Positions 40,151 through 55,928 of a DNA stretch of 64,000 bases are shown here, piece after piece (position 1 is the first letter of the stretch; every line of letters begins with the position of its first letter). The stretch lies in assembly GCA_951406725.2 (NCBI GenBank), contig OX597826.1, positions 30,256,001 to 30,320,000 of the forward strand, written 5' to 3'. Both the position numbers and the translations under genes were made by a program. The notes beneath the pieces are model-generated. The model had not been told where the DNA came from, did not search any database, and worked only from the letters and a program-made list of their open reading frames with translations. Source of the stretch: Octopus vulgaris (lineage: Eukaryota).

Positions 40151-40750
40151 ATTATATATATATATTAAACAGAGGGTTGTTCTGCTGTAAAGTGTTTGTA
40201 AGCGTGTGTGTATGTGTTCGTGTCTCCTTTTCTTGGCCTCGCACGATCGTTACGTGCTTCATCATTCAAGCATTCATGTGGTGTTTATTTGTTTACGATC
40301 GTCTGTGAAAAACATGTCCGTCAGCCATGGGGAAATATTATCTAGTTAGAAAACAGATGAAGGTTGGCGACAGGAAGTGTATCCAGCAGTAGAAAATATG
40401 TCTCAACAGTTTCGTTCGGCCTCCTACAGGCAGAGAAATGTGGATACTAAACCATGGTGAACGATTGAACTGACGAATGGATTTCATCGAATTTGGAAGT
40501 TATGTATTTATCTTGTTCTTCAACACTCACGTTTTTTTTATAATATACTCTTTTGATTTCCATTATTTTTCTTAAGAAGACTTCGGTTTCTGATTCTTTG
40601 AACATCACTACAAAAAAAAAAATTGTCTTCAGTTTATTTATTTATTTACATATTTTTAAAAATCAGAAGTATGTAGGGGTGAGAGGTTTTACAGTGTTGC
40701 TTTCCATTTTTGTAAATATACGTTTACGAATTTAAATATATATATATAAA

Positions 40751-40786
<36 letters not shown>

Positions 40787-41747
40787 TGTATGTATGTATG
40801 TATGTATATATGTATATATGTATGTATATATATGATATATATTATATAATATATAAAGATATATGTATGTATGTATGTGTGCATATATGTGTGTATGTAT
40901 GTTTGTATGCATGTATTCATGTATGTATGTATGTATGCATGTATGTATTGTTGACTTCGTAAGAATTTAGAAACTTTGAGAACTTGAAGCAATTCTTTTT
41001 GGAATGGTGAATATTGGAGCAAATAAAACTATAAATGGAAGCTTGTAGTCAGAATAAGGTTTTTAAAACAGAAACTGCAAAAGTCTGGTTTTCAGCCACT
41101 GGCAGAAAGGAGTTGTAGGTTCAAGTCCCACGGGCAGCCTTGGTTTTTTTTGTGCCCAAAAGGATTTTTAACCCAATACTTACACGCTATTATTTGTAGC
41201 TTCCTTTGCTTCCAGATCAACTGTTCTAAAAAAGAATATGGGTAGGAAGAGTCATTTGACACTATGTACTTATACTTGTAAACTTTTAATTGTCAGGTCT
41301 TACTTATATTCACCTGATGAAAACGAGTTTTGTTGCATGACCTAACACTTCTGTTATTGAATATTTTAAGTACTCAGAAAATAAAACAGTAAAGATTGAT
41401 GTTATCATAAATGAATTCACATGCTTTTTATTTGTTTGACAACTAATACCGCCATTCCAAGATATTCTAGCCCTGTGTCCACAAATACATTTACATTTCG
41501 ACTGAAATTCCTTACTTTTATTGTTTTTTTTAAATTTTAAATTTAGTTACATTGGTTCAAAACATGTAATTCATTTTCCTTTTTATGTAAATTTTCTCAT
41601 ATTCAAAAGGTAACATGTAATTGGAGTTTAACTTGAAAATGAAAGACGTAATTTTTTTTTTCTGTGTTTGAGGGGATAATTAAAATATTGAAGCATAAAC
41701 TGAGTGCAATGAGATTTTCAAGTTTCAGCTTTTTTATTGGTATTTCA

Positions 41748-41805
<58 letters not shown>

Positions 41806-41983
41806 TTGATGATGATGGTGATGATACACACACACACACACAAATATATAAATAACTAAATGCGTCTTACAGTTAAATTTAAAATAAACTTATTAAATTG
41901 ATTAAAAAATGTTAACTTTATTTCAGTGCAGAAAAAAACACGTTTTACGTAGACTGCTAAGTTGTTGCTTCTAATATAAATAC

Positions 41984-42051
<68 letters not shown>

Positions 42052-42958
42052 CGCACACACACACGCACACACACACACACACCCTTGCGCGCGTGTATTT
42101 GTGCTTGTCCTCCTCACCGGGTGTTGGTTTCTTTAAGTTCCTTTATCTTAGCGGTTCGGCGAAAGTAACAAATACGATGCGTACCAGACTTTTAAAATAT
42201 TACTACTGTGGTCTATTCGTACGACTAAATCTTTCAATGCGCTGCTCCAGTATGGCCGCTGTCCTTAGACTGTAATAAGTAAAACCGATATATACTTATT
42301 ATACACCTGGTTTTATGTTTAAATCAAAATGCTAAAGTTTTATGTATATCTCGTTGTAGGAGAGGAGAAGATGAGAGGAAGAAGTGATTATGTTTACATA
42401 CATTTTCTATCCCCAATATTTATTTTATAGCCGCTTGAATTAATATATTTTGGCATATTTCAATACACATCTTTATTCCTTTATCTCGTTCCAGGAAAAA
42501 CCATTCTGTACATTCTATTCATATTTTTTCCTCATTTTTACAAAAAGGATTTCGCCACAATTTTTGATTAGCCTTCAGCTATACACAACTAATATTTCCC
42601 ACCTTTTATTTTTCGTGGGTAGCAAAAATACATTTATTCCATTAGCATAACTTTTCGATCTCAGTTCACTGCTTAGCCTTCTGGTAAAATTTTACTGTAA
42701 AATTAGCTTAATAGCTCGTTTTTTTTTCTTGTTTATTTTCTTCTCTTTTTCAATATTTCCCTCATTTTATTGGCTATTAATATATTTATTTCTTCATCTC
42801 AAGACAACCATACTTTACCATTTCTATTTCGTTCTTTATTAAGTTATTTTCTAACAAAGAATTTTAAATCCCAGACTAGTATTTTTCTTTTTGTTTTACC
42901 ATTAGAGGCGACTCCTGTTTTCTGTATTATTTGTCTTTGCTTTCCTTTAATATTTCTT

Positions 42959-43028
<70 letters not shown>

Positions 43029-43589
43029 TGTTTGTGTGTGTGTGTGTATAAGTGGTCAGCCGGGACATAAACAGTGGAGTAAATATATGCACGTGCCTAT
43101 ATATATCTCTCTGCCCATCAGCCTATCAAACTAGATACATACATACATACATACATACATACATACATACATACATACATACATACATACATACCCGCAC
43201 TACTTATTATGTCTCAACTGATGAATCTTGGCACATGGTGTCTCAGTCTGCCTCTTGCGATAATGCAACAAATCGTTTGTGGTATTTATTTATTTATCCA
43301 TTTACGAAGAGAGGAAAAGTGAAACACATTGGTTGTTTTAAAAGAAAATTTTGCGCACGTGTTTGTGCGTCTATGTTTATAATGTATATGTGGGTATAAA
43401 ATGAGTATATATATGTGTGTATGTATGTATGCATGTATGTATGTATGTATGCATGTATGTATGTATGTATGTATGTATGCATGTATGTATGTATGTATGT
43501 ATGTATGTATGTATGTATGTATGTATATGTGTGTGTGTGTGTGTGTATATAAATATATGCGTGTGTATGTATGTATATCTGCTATTTTT

Positions 43590-44090
<501 letters not shown>

Positions 44091-44196
44091 TACATGTATT
44101 ATAGAGCATCAACTGAAAGAGCTGTAAGGGATGATGATTACTTTACTGTTAATAATAAATAATCATCCACTTCCCAATCTCCATTCTTTCTTTCTT

Positions 44197-44241
<45 letters not shown>

Positions 44242-44929
44242 TCTGAAACCTGTCGCTACTGACATAGGAAATCAGTAGCTTAACACTGACTGATGTTGCG
44301 AAAAGCTGTCCGACTGAATTAAAAATCTATTATATGCAACAGAAGTAGCAATAGATTAAAATAGACATTTATGTATCACACTTAATGTAAATATATTACG
44401 AAAAAACACGTTTATCTATGTATTTGTTATAGATAAACTACTTAAATTGTCTCACTGTCGAAGGTGAAAATAGTAGAGGTGCATTCCCCCTTTTATTAAA
44501 CTATGAGCACATTTTTGTGTACAGCTTCAAAAAAATCATATATTGTAAATTCGACAGAAAGCACAGTACATCAGTGTATGTAATACTAAATAATCAATCT
44601 CAGAAACTCCGTTCCATTTACCTTTCACTGCTAACGCCTTTCTAATCAGCGTGAAATTCATCCGAGCACCTCAGTTTGCGGCAATAGTCGTAGGTTTAAA
44701 AAGAAATCAACATTTACAGACTTCTGTGATGCGCTAACGGTCGACCATGGTACATCAAATATATACAATCCATGATACGTTTAGGACACTTATTCAGAAG
44801 AGCACCACAAATAGAACATCGGTTTAGAGAACATCATACCTGCGATGTAGTTTTGGTTCTAAGTTGAAGCAGTTAATTTCAATTGTGTTACCAAATTGTT
44901 TGTAACTTCCCCCACCCTGTGCTACTTAG

Positions 44930-45210
44930 ACTTAGGTCGGTCATGAAGCCAAGGACTCATAAGGCCAGACCTTAACTCCGTTTCCATAGCAATTGAGGTA
45001 ACAAAGTTTTCCACTGAATTGGACGCCAGTCCATCACAGCATTAACTTCCTAGCTATTGTTAGAACTCATTTATAGCTGAACGGATTGGAGAAACGGGAA
45101 GCGAAGTATTTTTCTTGAGAACACAAAGCACCACCCGGTCCGGGGATTGAAACCATGGTCTTACGATCCTGCACACAGCATCCTTACCACTAAGACATTA
45201 ACCTTCACTT
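44930..45210 (-). mobile_element. SINE family C, diverged
   Basis: Similar to 4223-4486 (GACTCATAAG, GACGCCAGTCCATC, CACCCGGTCC). Confidence 0.7.
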
Positions 45211-45804
45211 CCTAATTCCAATTTCATTGGACTTTTCAAGTTTAATTAAAGAAACAACGATATGGACAAGATTCTTACCTTAGATTATTGCAGAATAAAT
45301 CGTAAGACTTAGATGAGTCGAGAATTTAAAACGATTTCCTTCCCACGTTAAAAGCCATTTTGAATCACCGATATTGCTAATATCCATTAGAGACTTCAGT
45401 TTCCTTTGATAGTCTGGGAAGTTCTGAAATAGTGTTGGGCATTGCTCCATCTTCTCTAACTTACTTTAAATAAAACCAAGGAATAATGCTCCAAAGCATT
45501 GGAATATGGTAGACTATCAGAAATTGTTTGCGTATCTGATTAAATACTTAAGAGGATTTAGTTTTGAAGTTCAATTCCCACCTCTGTTGATTTTCTGTCG
45601 TTGTTTTGTTTTTCTAAGGTCCTTTTGGACTTGATAAAATAAATTCTAGCGAAGCAGTGTTGCAGATTTAAAAGACTGTTTCTAGTCTATTATTAAAAAA
45701 AAATGTTTGTTGCTTTTGTAAAATCTCAGAAAATAATTAAAAATTCACATTTTTTGTCAAATTATTTTGTTATATTTGTCTATCTATCCAACTGTAAACA
45801 TTTA

Positions 45805-46190
45805 TATCTTTTATCATTTACATATTTCAGTTATTAGACAGCGGCCATGCTGGGGCACTGCCTTGAAGAATTTTATCCAAATAAAAGTACCAGATTTTTT
45901 AAAGCCTGGTACTTATTTTATCGGTCTCTTTTGCCGAAGCGAAAGGTTATGAAATATAAACACGCTAACACTTGTTGTCAAGCGGTGATTGGCGACAAAC
46001 ACAAACACAAAGACACACACACATAGATATATGGACAATGCGCTTCTTTCAGTTTCCCTCAACCAAATCTATAGACAAGGCTATCGTCGGCCCCAGGCTA
46101 TAGTAGAAGACACTTGCCCAAGTTGCCACGCAGTGAGACTAAACCCGGAACCATGTGGTTGGGAAACAAGTTTCTTACCACACAGCAATG
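45805..46190 (-). mobile_element. SINE family B
   Basis: Colinear with the reverse complement of 21856-22265. Confidence 0.85.
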
Positions 46191-46249
46191 CTTGTCTCTA
46201 CATGTTGAAGAATTTACTCCAGAGTAAGAGAATCAATCACAGTTTTTTG

Positions 46250-46775
46250 TTTGCGTGGGAGGTTAAGCAGTTGTGGTCGATGAAAAATGTGGAGAGCTGG
46301 CAGAATCGTTAGCACGTCGGGCGAAATGCTTAGCGGTATTTCGTCTGCCGTTACGTTGTGAGTTCAAATTCCGCCGAGGTCGACTTTACTTTTCATCCTT
46401 TCGGGGTCGATAAATTAAGTACCAGTTACGCACTGGGGTCGATGTAATCGACTTAATACCTATGTCTGTCCTTGTTTGTTCCCTCTATGTTTAGCCCCTT
46501 GTGGGTAATAAAGAAATAGGTCGATGAAAAAGGTGGTAGTAGTACAAATAACTGTCGGAGCAATGAATAAAAATCTTGAGAATTACATGGAACAAATAGG
46601 GGCTGCTATAAAGGTGGAGCACTTGCAGAAAACAGCACTACTTGGAACCGCTCGAATACTGCGGATGGTGCTCGGAAAATAAGGGGTGTTACCTTTGTTC
46701 ACTGGTAGTGAACAGCTGGCACCGTAACACATCTCCAGCGTTAGAAGCTGAGCAAATACAATAAATAATAATAAT
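46250..46775 (+). mobile_element. R4/Dong-type (restriction-like endonuclease) LINE 3' end, interrupted by a SINE
   Basis: AWEVKQLWSMK[SINE]VVVVQITVGA..NKNLENYMEQIGAAIKVEHLQKTALLGTARILRMVLGK*, followed by a short UTR and (TAA)n. Confidence 0.85.
46288..46518 (+). mobile_element. Monomeric SINE family A with TSD
   Basis: GGTCGATGAAAAA at 46275-46287 and 46519-46531. Confidence 0.9.
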
Positions 46776-46924
46776 TTCTTTCATTAGTCACGGGGGCATA
46801 AATCATAGGGACATCACAAGGATAAACAATTTGTGTAGGGATTTACTGTACATAAAGGATGGGCAGGAAGAAATGTTAAAGACAGTGAAACGCAATAAAA
46901 GTATACGTAGTATGCAGATTATGT

Positions 46925-47900
46925 GATTTAATGAATGATGCATTCAAACAGTCCCGTCTGAAAGCGCTTCTGTGCTTGTAGAGTTTATCTCGAACCGGCA
47001 GTACTCATCGGTAGTACTATCAAGCCAGGAATTTCTGACCATGGAAGTACCAGGCCCGAAAGTCCTCCGAAATAGTCCAACTTCGTCGATACCTAGAATT
47101 TCCCTGAATACATCATTGCTCTTACCCACCACTAATTTCTATTCATTACTACTTCAGAACTTCCACCAATCGTATTGCCCGACTGGTAGAGAGCAGTGAA
47201 TGCCTGACGACATTCCAGATGCCTAATCTTGGTCTTTTTTCTTGATCCAAGTTTGCAGTTCCGTCAAAGAGATGAGCTGTTGGAAATTATGTCTTACAAA
47301 CGGAGACCACACCGGATTGGCGTCCACTAAACTTTGTAAGAGGTGTTACTGCAACGCGTATTTGAGCATTAACGACCACGGCATACCAAACCTGCCATCC
47401 AGTGTGGGCTTGCATCAGATGAACCGCTTAACCAGAGGAACAGGTTCTTTCCGCAGGAAGGAGAAAAATAAACACTCCAGTTCGGTTAGACGTGGACTGA
47501 GGCAAGGTACAATGGTATTTGTTATTAATGAGGTGATGTGTGCATTCACAACCTCTCCTCGCCCTATCAGGGATAAATTCCTTTCCTCTGAGTGAGACTG
47601 GCTATTCTGTTTGTAACCTCATCCTTGTTCTTGTCCATCCGGAAATCCGGGTCAAACTAGACACCGTCCGTTCATTGAACTACTACATTTCTCGTTGGCA
47701 TTGTCTTGCCCCATCAGTTGATTAGCCGCAGGTCTACCGACTTGTTCGGATTTACCTCAGCTCCTGTAATCGTCTCGTGTTCCTTTAAAATGGAATCGAC
47801 TACCTCAACTTCCACGGTGCCCAACACCACGAGTTTGATGCTAGCCGCAAATGCCGATACAGTTCTGTTGCATCCCAGCTCGAAGGGGATGCCTCTCAAT
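46925..47900 (-). mobile_element. L1/Tx1-clade LINE reverse-transcriptase fossil
   Basis: RTVSAFAASIKLVV...EHETITGAEVNPNKS (decayed SAYADD...GAKINxxKS) and FLRKEPVPLVKR...DGRFGMP (decayed GGLGxP). Confidence 0.7.
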
Positions 47901-48449
47901 GGTAGTTTGGTCGTTTTATCGCAGCGATAAGACTTCGGTGAGACGTATCTGTGACCCGGTCATCAACTATCCATGCAGAGACATTTCGACTGATCGATTA
48001 TCCAAGTTTTTTGTCATTCAAATAAATAAATAAATCACAGAGGGCGTGAATGCCAACCAATACGATGTTATTTTTTGGTTGTTGTTTTTTTTTCTTTCTT
48101 CACGCCCCTTCTTCCTCTGTAACTCTGAAACATTATGCCTATATAATCGATAATTCAACACAGAGAGCGAAATAACGCCTGACGTTTATGCGAATTAATG
48201 CTTCAATACGTCTAGCGGAGAAGTCGAGATTTTATAGCAAGATATGGCTTGTTATATTGCTGTTGTTGTTATTGTCGTTGCTATTGTTAGTGGTGGCAGT
48301 GGAGGCGGTGGTGGTTGTGGCATTGTTGCTGAAGTTTTTGTTGTTGATAATCTCAGATATCTGTTCACTCGCTTCACTGAGTCTTCATTTCTGTCTCCTC
48401 GCCACTCAACTCAGAGAGCCACTGGCTAATGCATTTCTGCCAGTCTCTA

Positions 48450-48532
48450 TACTTTCTCTCTCTCTCTCTCTCTCGGTCTTTGTCTTTCTCTCTCTCTTTC
48501 TCAGTCTCTCTCTCGCCATCTCTCTCTCTCTT

Positions 48533-48568
<36 letters not shown>

Positions 48569-49120
48569 CCTCTCCCTGATTCTTTCTCAGTCTCTCTATC
48601 CTTGTTTCTCTTTTTACTTTCTCTTTCTCTTTCTCGCTCTCTCCCTCTTTCTCTCCCTTTATCTCTCTATCTATCCATCAATCTTCCCAGTTTGTAATAT
48701 TCTGTGATATCAGTCTGTTTCTCTTATTTCATATTAATATTTCTAAGTATTCTTGTTATCATGTTATCATCATTATCATCATCACCACCACCACCACTAG
48801 TGCCACCGCCATTGTCATCATCTCATCATCATCTCCTCCCCTACTCTGCTTCCTCCCCTCCTACCCCTTCACCATCCTCTTCTTCCTCCCCTCCTACCTC
48901 TTCACTATCCTCTTCTTCCTCCCCTCCTACCTCTTCACTCTCCTCTTCTTCCTTCCCTTCTACCTCTTCCCCCTCCACTTCTTCCTCCCCTCCTACCTCT
49001 TCACTCTCCTTTTCTGCCTCCCCTCCTACCTCATCACCCACCTCTTCCTCCTTCCCTCCTACTTCCTCACCCTCCTCTTATTCCTCACCCTACCTCCTCA
49101 CTTTCCTCTCTCTTTCCTCA
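48450..49120. repeat. (CT)n tract and ~33-36-bp CCT-rich minisatellite
   Basis: Repeating TCCTCTTCTTCCTCCCCTCCTACCTCTTCACT units at 48840-49100. Confidence 0.85.
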
Positions 49121-52100
49121 TCATCATCAACATCATAAAATCACCATCATGTTAATCATGATTATCGTCAATATCATCATCGTCGTCATCATCATCATCA
49201 TTGTCGTCATTATCCCCATTATTTGCGTGCAGAATTGCTTGGTTGTTCGAAAATAAAGAACTTAAAATTTATTTCTCTGCAACTCATTAATATAAAAAAA
49301 AAAAACAAAGTAAAATACTAATAAATAAACTAAAAACAAAAACACAACAGCCATCAAATATCAATAACAAATGACAATGGAACTGTTGCCCGGACAGAAT
49401 CAACAGACTATTAGTAAATAAATAAACAAACAAATAAATAAATAAACAAACAAATAAAAGATGCGCCAACAGGTCTCTAAACGAGACCCCAGGTAATAGA
49501 TTTTGACAAATATAAACGGGTTTAGGATGAGATTTTTCATGGGAGTAAAATAAAGATGGTGTCTGGTTGCCTTCCTTAGGGGGCCCTTGGTTTTTTTAAT
49601 TTATTTTTTGTGCTTTTTCCTTTAAGAAGGCGCCATCTTGTCGGCTCAAATCAATTCAGAGAGAGTAAGAAAAAAGAAGAGAAACAGAGAAAGAGAGAGA
49701 GAGAGTGGGGAGAGGACAAAGCAGAATTGACTCGTATATTATTTTTCTATACCGAAAGAATGAAAAGCAAAGTTGACCTCGGATGGATTTGAACTCAGAA
49801 CGTAATAAACCCGAACACATATCTGAAAATATATGGCTTTAAATCGAGAAACATAAGTGGCTTTCAATTGTTAAAGTCAAGAAAAACAAAACAAAAGAAC
49901 ATATTATAAGAACGTCTTCATATTCGCTTTATGTCATCTTACTCTCATAGTTCTTATCGAGGTTGTTGCTGTTGTTGTTTTAACCGTAGGAGAAACCTAA
50001 CTGATCTGACTCAGGATCAGTCATGTTCTAACTGTGACAATCCATCTCTTCTAGGATTGGTCGAGGAATATATTATGCAATGATTCCTCCTTATCCAAAG
50101 TGAGTTGGTTGTGATCTGAGGAAGATTTAACTACTGTTTCTAACAAGTGAATTCAATCACGCATAGGCTTTTTTATTGGCTAATCCTTCGCGGTTACGGT
50201 TATTGTTGTTGTTGTTGTTGTTGCTAATATTCTTTTCTACTCTAGACGCAAGGCCCGACATTTTTGGGGAGTGGGGGCCAGTCGATTAGCTCGACCCCAA
50301 CACACAACTAGTATTTAATTTATCGACCCCAAAAGGTTGTTGCTGCTAATATTGATGCTGCTGTTACAACAGAAAAATGAGATGAAATGTGTGCCCACGT
50401 GTGTATTTGTAGGCGTGTTACTGTGTGTTTCTGTGTGTGTATATATGTGGTTCAGTGTGTATGTATAGGAGTGTGTGTATGTGAGAGTGTATGTGTGTGT
50501 TGGGAGCGTGCAGTTAGGAGACGTTTGCTTTATTGTAACGTAGTGTGTTGTATAGTTATTTAGTGTTGCATGGTTCTGCATAAGTACAATGTCATATTGT
50601 GCCTGGAGTGGTTTCTATATTTTCAGAATTAGGGGACAGAAACTGGTAGAAACGGCGGAGCAACGTCCCAAATGTTTCAACTGCATATAATTCCATCCCT
50701 CAAAGTATTCACTTTTAACACGCCATCGTCTACTTCGCATGTTGAGCCTCTTAAAGTGAATAAAAAAAAATTCAAAATGATGTACCAGTTATATGTGTCG
50801 ATATAAACAGCTGACAATACTACTCCAATGTCATAATCGGTCTTGCATATAGTATAAAGAAACCATTATTTTCGCTTCTTTTCTTTTTTCAAATTCATAT
50901 TTACAGCTGGCTCGAGACCATAAAATACTTGAATGATCAACATTTCCAAAGAATCTTTGAAACTCGTTTCTTCTAAGAGCTTATTCCATTCATCTGACAA
51001 AGTGAAAGGCTTTGAGTATTGCCATATTTTCTTCTGTAATTACAGTTGTTGTTGTTGTTGCTGTTCCTTGATGTTACAATGGTGTTGTTCTTGTTGTTCT
51101 AATGATGTTTGATGGTGTTCTTGTTGTTGCAACCGATGATCTGATGTTGTTTTTGTGTCAGTTTAAATCAAAATTGTACAAAATGTATGATGTCGCTGAA
51201 ACGTATCTGTAGGCGTCTTCGACGGAGATAATGCATTCGACACAGGCACGCATGCGTGTGTGTGTGTAGATGTGTGTGCGTGCGTATGTATGTGTGTGTG
51301 TTTGTGTGTGTGCGTGCATTGTGGCTTTAATAAACGTTCATGAAATATAGTTTCCAACAAACATTATGGTTTATTACCGTATCACAAAGTGTACGGCTTA
51401 ATTATATTCGAAACTGGAGACTTGATGTTAACCCCAGAAAATGTTTAATATCATAAGAACTAAAAAGGAAAAAAATTTCAATAATGGCAAACTTGGTACT
51501 CATTAAATGATGTAAAACAAAATCTCAAAAGTACAAAGAAATCCTACAGCGATAATTCTATGTTTATTGTGTTTTAAGTGTTATTTTTAAGAATTAGTAT
51601 TATCATTATTTTCAGCGGAACTGGACACTTGGAAACAGATTGATGTCATGCAGAGTCAAACCGTTAAGTGAAATAGTGAAAATGGTATTGCAATGGAACC
51701 AACTCTTCTGCAGAGAGGAATGAATTCTGAAAGTGGACGTTTATGAAGAAGGAGAGCATTTGTCTTGGAAACATGCGAATTGCTACTGTTTATTATTCAT
51801 GGGCAACAAAAATGGAATCCTACATTCAGGGTTACAAAATGAGATGTGTTGCGACAGGGGCACGGAACCAACGCTGACTTACCTGGAGATTTCTGAGAGG
51901 GTAAGTCAATGCTGGCTTCGCGCCCATGGAGCCATAACCTTCATTGGAAAATGCCCATCAGCAAATTAGAATATCGTTCGACTGTGTGGAAACCTGACCA
52001 GGAACCTAATCTTGATGGCTAAAACGCGGAAAAGAATTACAAATGAAGCTGAGAAAAACAAACAAAAAAAACCCAGTCGATATATTCCCAGAATGCAATG

Positions 52101-52774
52101 CGTTTCTGTATCTGTTTTGAAAACGTAATGAGCGAAAATCATGAATAAGGATGGTTCTACTTGTTATCTTACCAATACACAAGACGGCTTTTGTCGACTT
52201 TACTCTGTCAATCATAATTTCAGAACAATTTGCAGAAATTACCTGAGTGAATATAAAATGAAGTCTTACAATATTTGATCAACCAACATTTAATATTGCA
52301 CGATAAAAATGGCGGAAGAGTTGGTTGAAATTCTAGAGTAGCGGTTCTAAATATATTTCTACTTCCTTTGCCACTTCAACGTCCCGATTCTTTCCCATTT
52401 CTGACAAGAACTAAAAGCAGCTTTGTATATAGATTTTGTTGTATCTCGAGAGGTTCATTATACGAAACATGAATATACGCGCCCGTTCATTTTCGCTTCC
52501 TTTTTATTATTAGCTAAATTGGTTACCATTTAACCAATTAACCAATCGATTATTTTGATTAACTGGTGAGTCAAACAACCAATAAAACAACTAGGTTTGT
52601 CGTAGTCTTGTATATAAAACAATATACTATATAACGTTAACAACTTTATACTTACGTAGCGTTAGTAGCTTTAAAAACAACAGTAACCAAATCATAGGAA
52701 GCGACTATGCCATGGTAGCTTATACCATGCTATTGCTAATAGTTTTAGGTATATAATCGCAGGAAAACACAGAC

Positions 52775-53010
52775 GCTCTCCCATCCCTGCTGCACTTGAT
52801 CAGCAGAAGAGCGAGAATGTGACAGAGTGAAAGAGAGGGCTGCACCTCTGTGAAAGAGGGACTGAGCTGGTGCTCCTTTACAGCTCATAAAACTGGAGCA
52901 GTATGAAAAGAAGTGTCTTTTCCAAGGGCACAATACGCTACTCATTCATGGAATCAAACCCACTATTTTATTATCGCCAAACAACACCCTAAGCAATAGA
53001 CCATGCGCCT
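52775..53010 (-). mobile_element. SINE family C, diverged
   Basis: Minus strand AGGCGCATGGTCTATTGCTTAGGGTG...GGTTTGATTCC. Confidence 0.6.
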
Positions 53011-54133
53011 AGATTAAGGGATAAAATCTAAAACAAAAACAGAGGGAAGAATACATAATTATTGAAGGCAAAACAACATTCCCACGGTGATACCAAAATT
53101 TCCTTAGGAATTTTGAAATTCCATCCAATAGGAAATATCCTCAGATCAAGAAGTGCGGCTCAAGATCGTCACAATTAATATAACTTCAAATATTCTTTTA
53201 CATATATGTACGTTTTGAGTTCGAATTCCATAGAATTCTAATTCTGATTTATTTCGTTTGTAACCGACAAAATGTATTACGAATGGTGTGTAGCCCTTAA
53301 TTGAGCAAAAAGGATAAACATTATAGAAATTGTTGATTGTTTAAGGTACCGAAAATAAGTTTTTGAGTTTGAAATCTTTCGTATTCTGCTAAGGCACTAA
53401 TTTGGAGCTTGTCAAACAAAACTAAACTGTCGAAGCCATATTGACTTTGGTCAGTTATAACTCAGCATTGCAAAGAGTGGCACCACTGCAGAATTGGTGA
53501 CGGATTTATTGTTATTGCTACTGTTTAAACTACAGATCAACCTTGATCGAGGCGGCCAAGCCATGAGCAATACGTTTCTGTTTTTGTGGAGTGGTAGGTC
53601 ATTCTCAGAAGAACTCCTTGTATTTAGAGGTTTCACCTTTTAGAATTCTATCCATTTACGGGCTTGTCATTTGTAGAAGCCTTTCGTTTATTTCAGGCTT
53701 GTCATCTTTAGAAGGACCTCGTCTATTGAGGAATACCCTGTCCTTTTAGGTCATATTATCTAGTATAGCGTTTTGCTTTATATGAAAAGGTAATGTAGAG
53801 TTTGAAAAAGAGTTTGCTTGCTGTTTCGGTTAAGCTGAAACATAGCCTAGAGGTTTCTTAGATGAGATATTCGTGGGACTGCAGTATTACCTTCAACCCC
53901 TTCCGCCAGCCAGAAGAGTTACTTTGCATCAACTGGACCAGTGTTCTTTCTTATAGAAATATGGAAAATATCTGTTTTGCATTTTGCATAATAATTCGAA
54001 AGCAGAACACAAATGCTAACATTCTCCACTGGACATTGTGGATCAAAAATGGATTATTAAGGAAAAATATTTAAGTTAAAAAAGAATGGACGTTCAAATG
54101 GATATTTAAATGCCGTCCTTCAACACCAAGAAA

Positions 54134-54192
<59 letters not shown>

Positions 54193-54974
54193 AGTCTGTC
54201 TATCACTTTCAGAAGGACAAAGAAAATCGAAAGGAAACGTGTCTCGCCATCAGCTGCTCTTTGACGGTTGAATACAAATTAGAAGATCAAAGAAGACAAA
54301 AACGGTGAATGTCACATGGTAAGACGTTTACTCTGCAACTAAGCGTTTCGAAGTATGATGCCATTTGGTAACGCATTTGACAAGGGTCTTCTGCTGTTGT
54401 GTCAGTGTTGGACAATGCTTTATGAGTTGAATTTGGTAGAAGGGAACATAAGCGGAAACATGCTGTCTACGCGCATTAGCTGTTTAAAGCAGCATATTTT
54501 CCCTGTGTTTTAAGGACACAACTTGGCGATTCAACAAGTAAAAAGGAATAGCATGAAAGTTAAACCTAAAAAGAGGCTGATATGATCTACTAAAGTCCCT
54601 TCTGATGGCGATGCCCCAACGAAAACCTTGTAAGACATCGGCGAGACCCCAGCACAAAACCAACGCTGTTCCAACCAGAGAGGTTTCAATCCAAAAGCTG
54701 AAAACAACACACACATAAAAGAATCACAGCTGTATAAATCTTTTTAATATCGAAATAAAATTGTTTACTTCTCCATTCTACATCGTTAAGTGTCTTTTAT
54801 TTTATCCATCACGTATACAAAATACTCATGTTTCTTTTCTTTTGAAGGATTTCCGGAAATCTCATAAGAAAAAAATGATGATTTGATGCTGCAAAACTTG
54901 TTATTCAACGATTAAGTTTTTAATATATGCTACAAGTTTCCTTTCATCCAAACTCTTATCATTGTTGTTATATG

Positions 54975-55140
54975 AAAGGTGGTAGATTGGTAGAATCGCG
55001 AAATCATCGGGCTAAGTACCTTGCGGTATTTCTTCCGGGTCTTAATGTCTGAGTTCAAACAAATCCCACCGAGATAGCTTTACCTTTCATTCTTCCGAGG
55101 TTAATAAAATAAAGTACCTGTCAAATACCGAGGTAGATCT
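54975..55140 (+). mobile_element. SINE family A, diverged
   Basis: TGGTAGAATCG...GCGGTATTTC...GAGTTCAAA...CCTTTCATTCTTCCGAGG. Confidence 0.7.
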
Positions 55141-55869
55141 TCATTACCAATTTCCACAAATTTTGTGATTTTCTATTCATGTGAGTCATATTTATTAGCC
55201 GTCGCTCTATTACAGCCGTTTCGTAACTTCCGTCATGTAATATTACGGCCGTAAACCTAAGGATGTCACGTGGATAAATAAATATATATTCACCTCTCAT
55301 AACTCCTGACTTTTATGGCTAACACAATCATCATGAAATAGTTTCATCCATCGGATCTTCTGGATTTCAGCATTATGTACACTCTACCTTGCGCTTTTCT
55401 GTACGGAATTACTACATCACTATGCTATTGGACCATTTCATTCCGACCCCAACGAATACCAAAGCTATCATTTGCAATTTTAATACACATACACTCTCAC
55501 ATATAGGATGGAAATGGAATGATGTAATATCACCATTCACATCGCAGCACTCACGGCGAACTGTGTCTTCAAATATGTGCAGAATTTTTCTGGGAGTATT
55601 TCCGCAGCGATAGGCCTTATCACGTCCGAATGATTTCGATCATGTTAATAAATGACTTTACACGACTATCTTTTATGCTACGCTGCTTCGAGCGACATTA
55701 AGAAAATCTTGACATTCAATCCGTGTTTCAAGAATGTAAGCGAAACAACACAGCGGAAACGGCACGGAAACAACCGACAGGAATATATTTGTGTTTCCAC
55801 GAACATGGCCATCAAACCCAACAACAAAAATAAAATACGCCAATATTATCAATATTAATGACGCTAATA

Positions 55870-55928
<59 letters not shown>

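Noticed and set aside
52305-52345. AAAATGGCGGAAG as a YY1/ETS site or start codon
   Set aside because: Better explained as a decayed SINE family A head; the frame closes after 10 codons.
55320-55600. Possible Helitron helicase remnant
   Set aside because: Only faint motif resemblance (THGELC); not supportable by eye.
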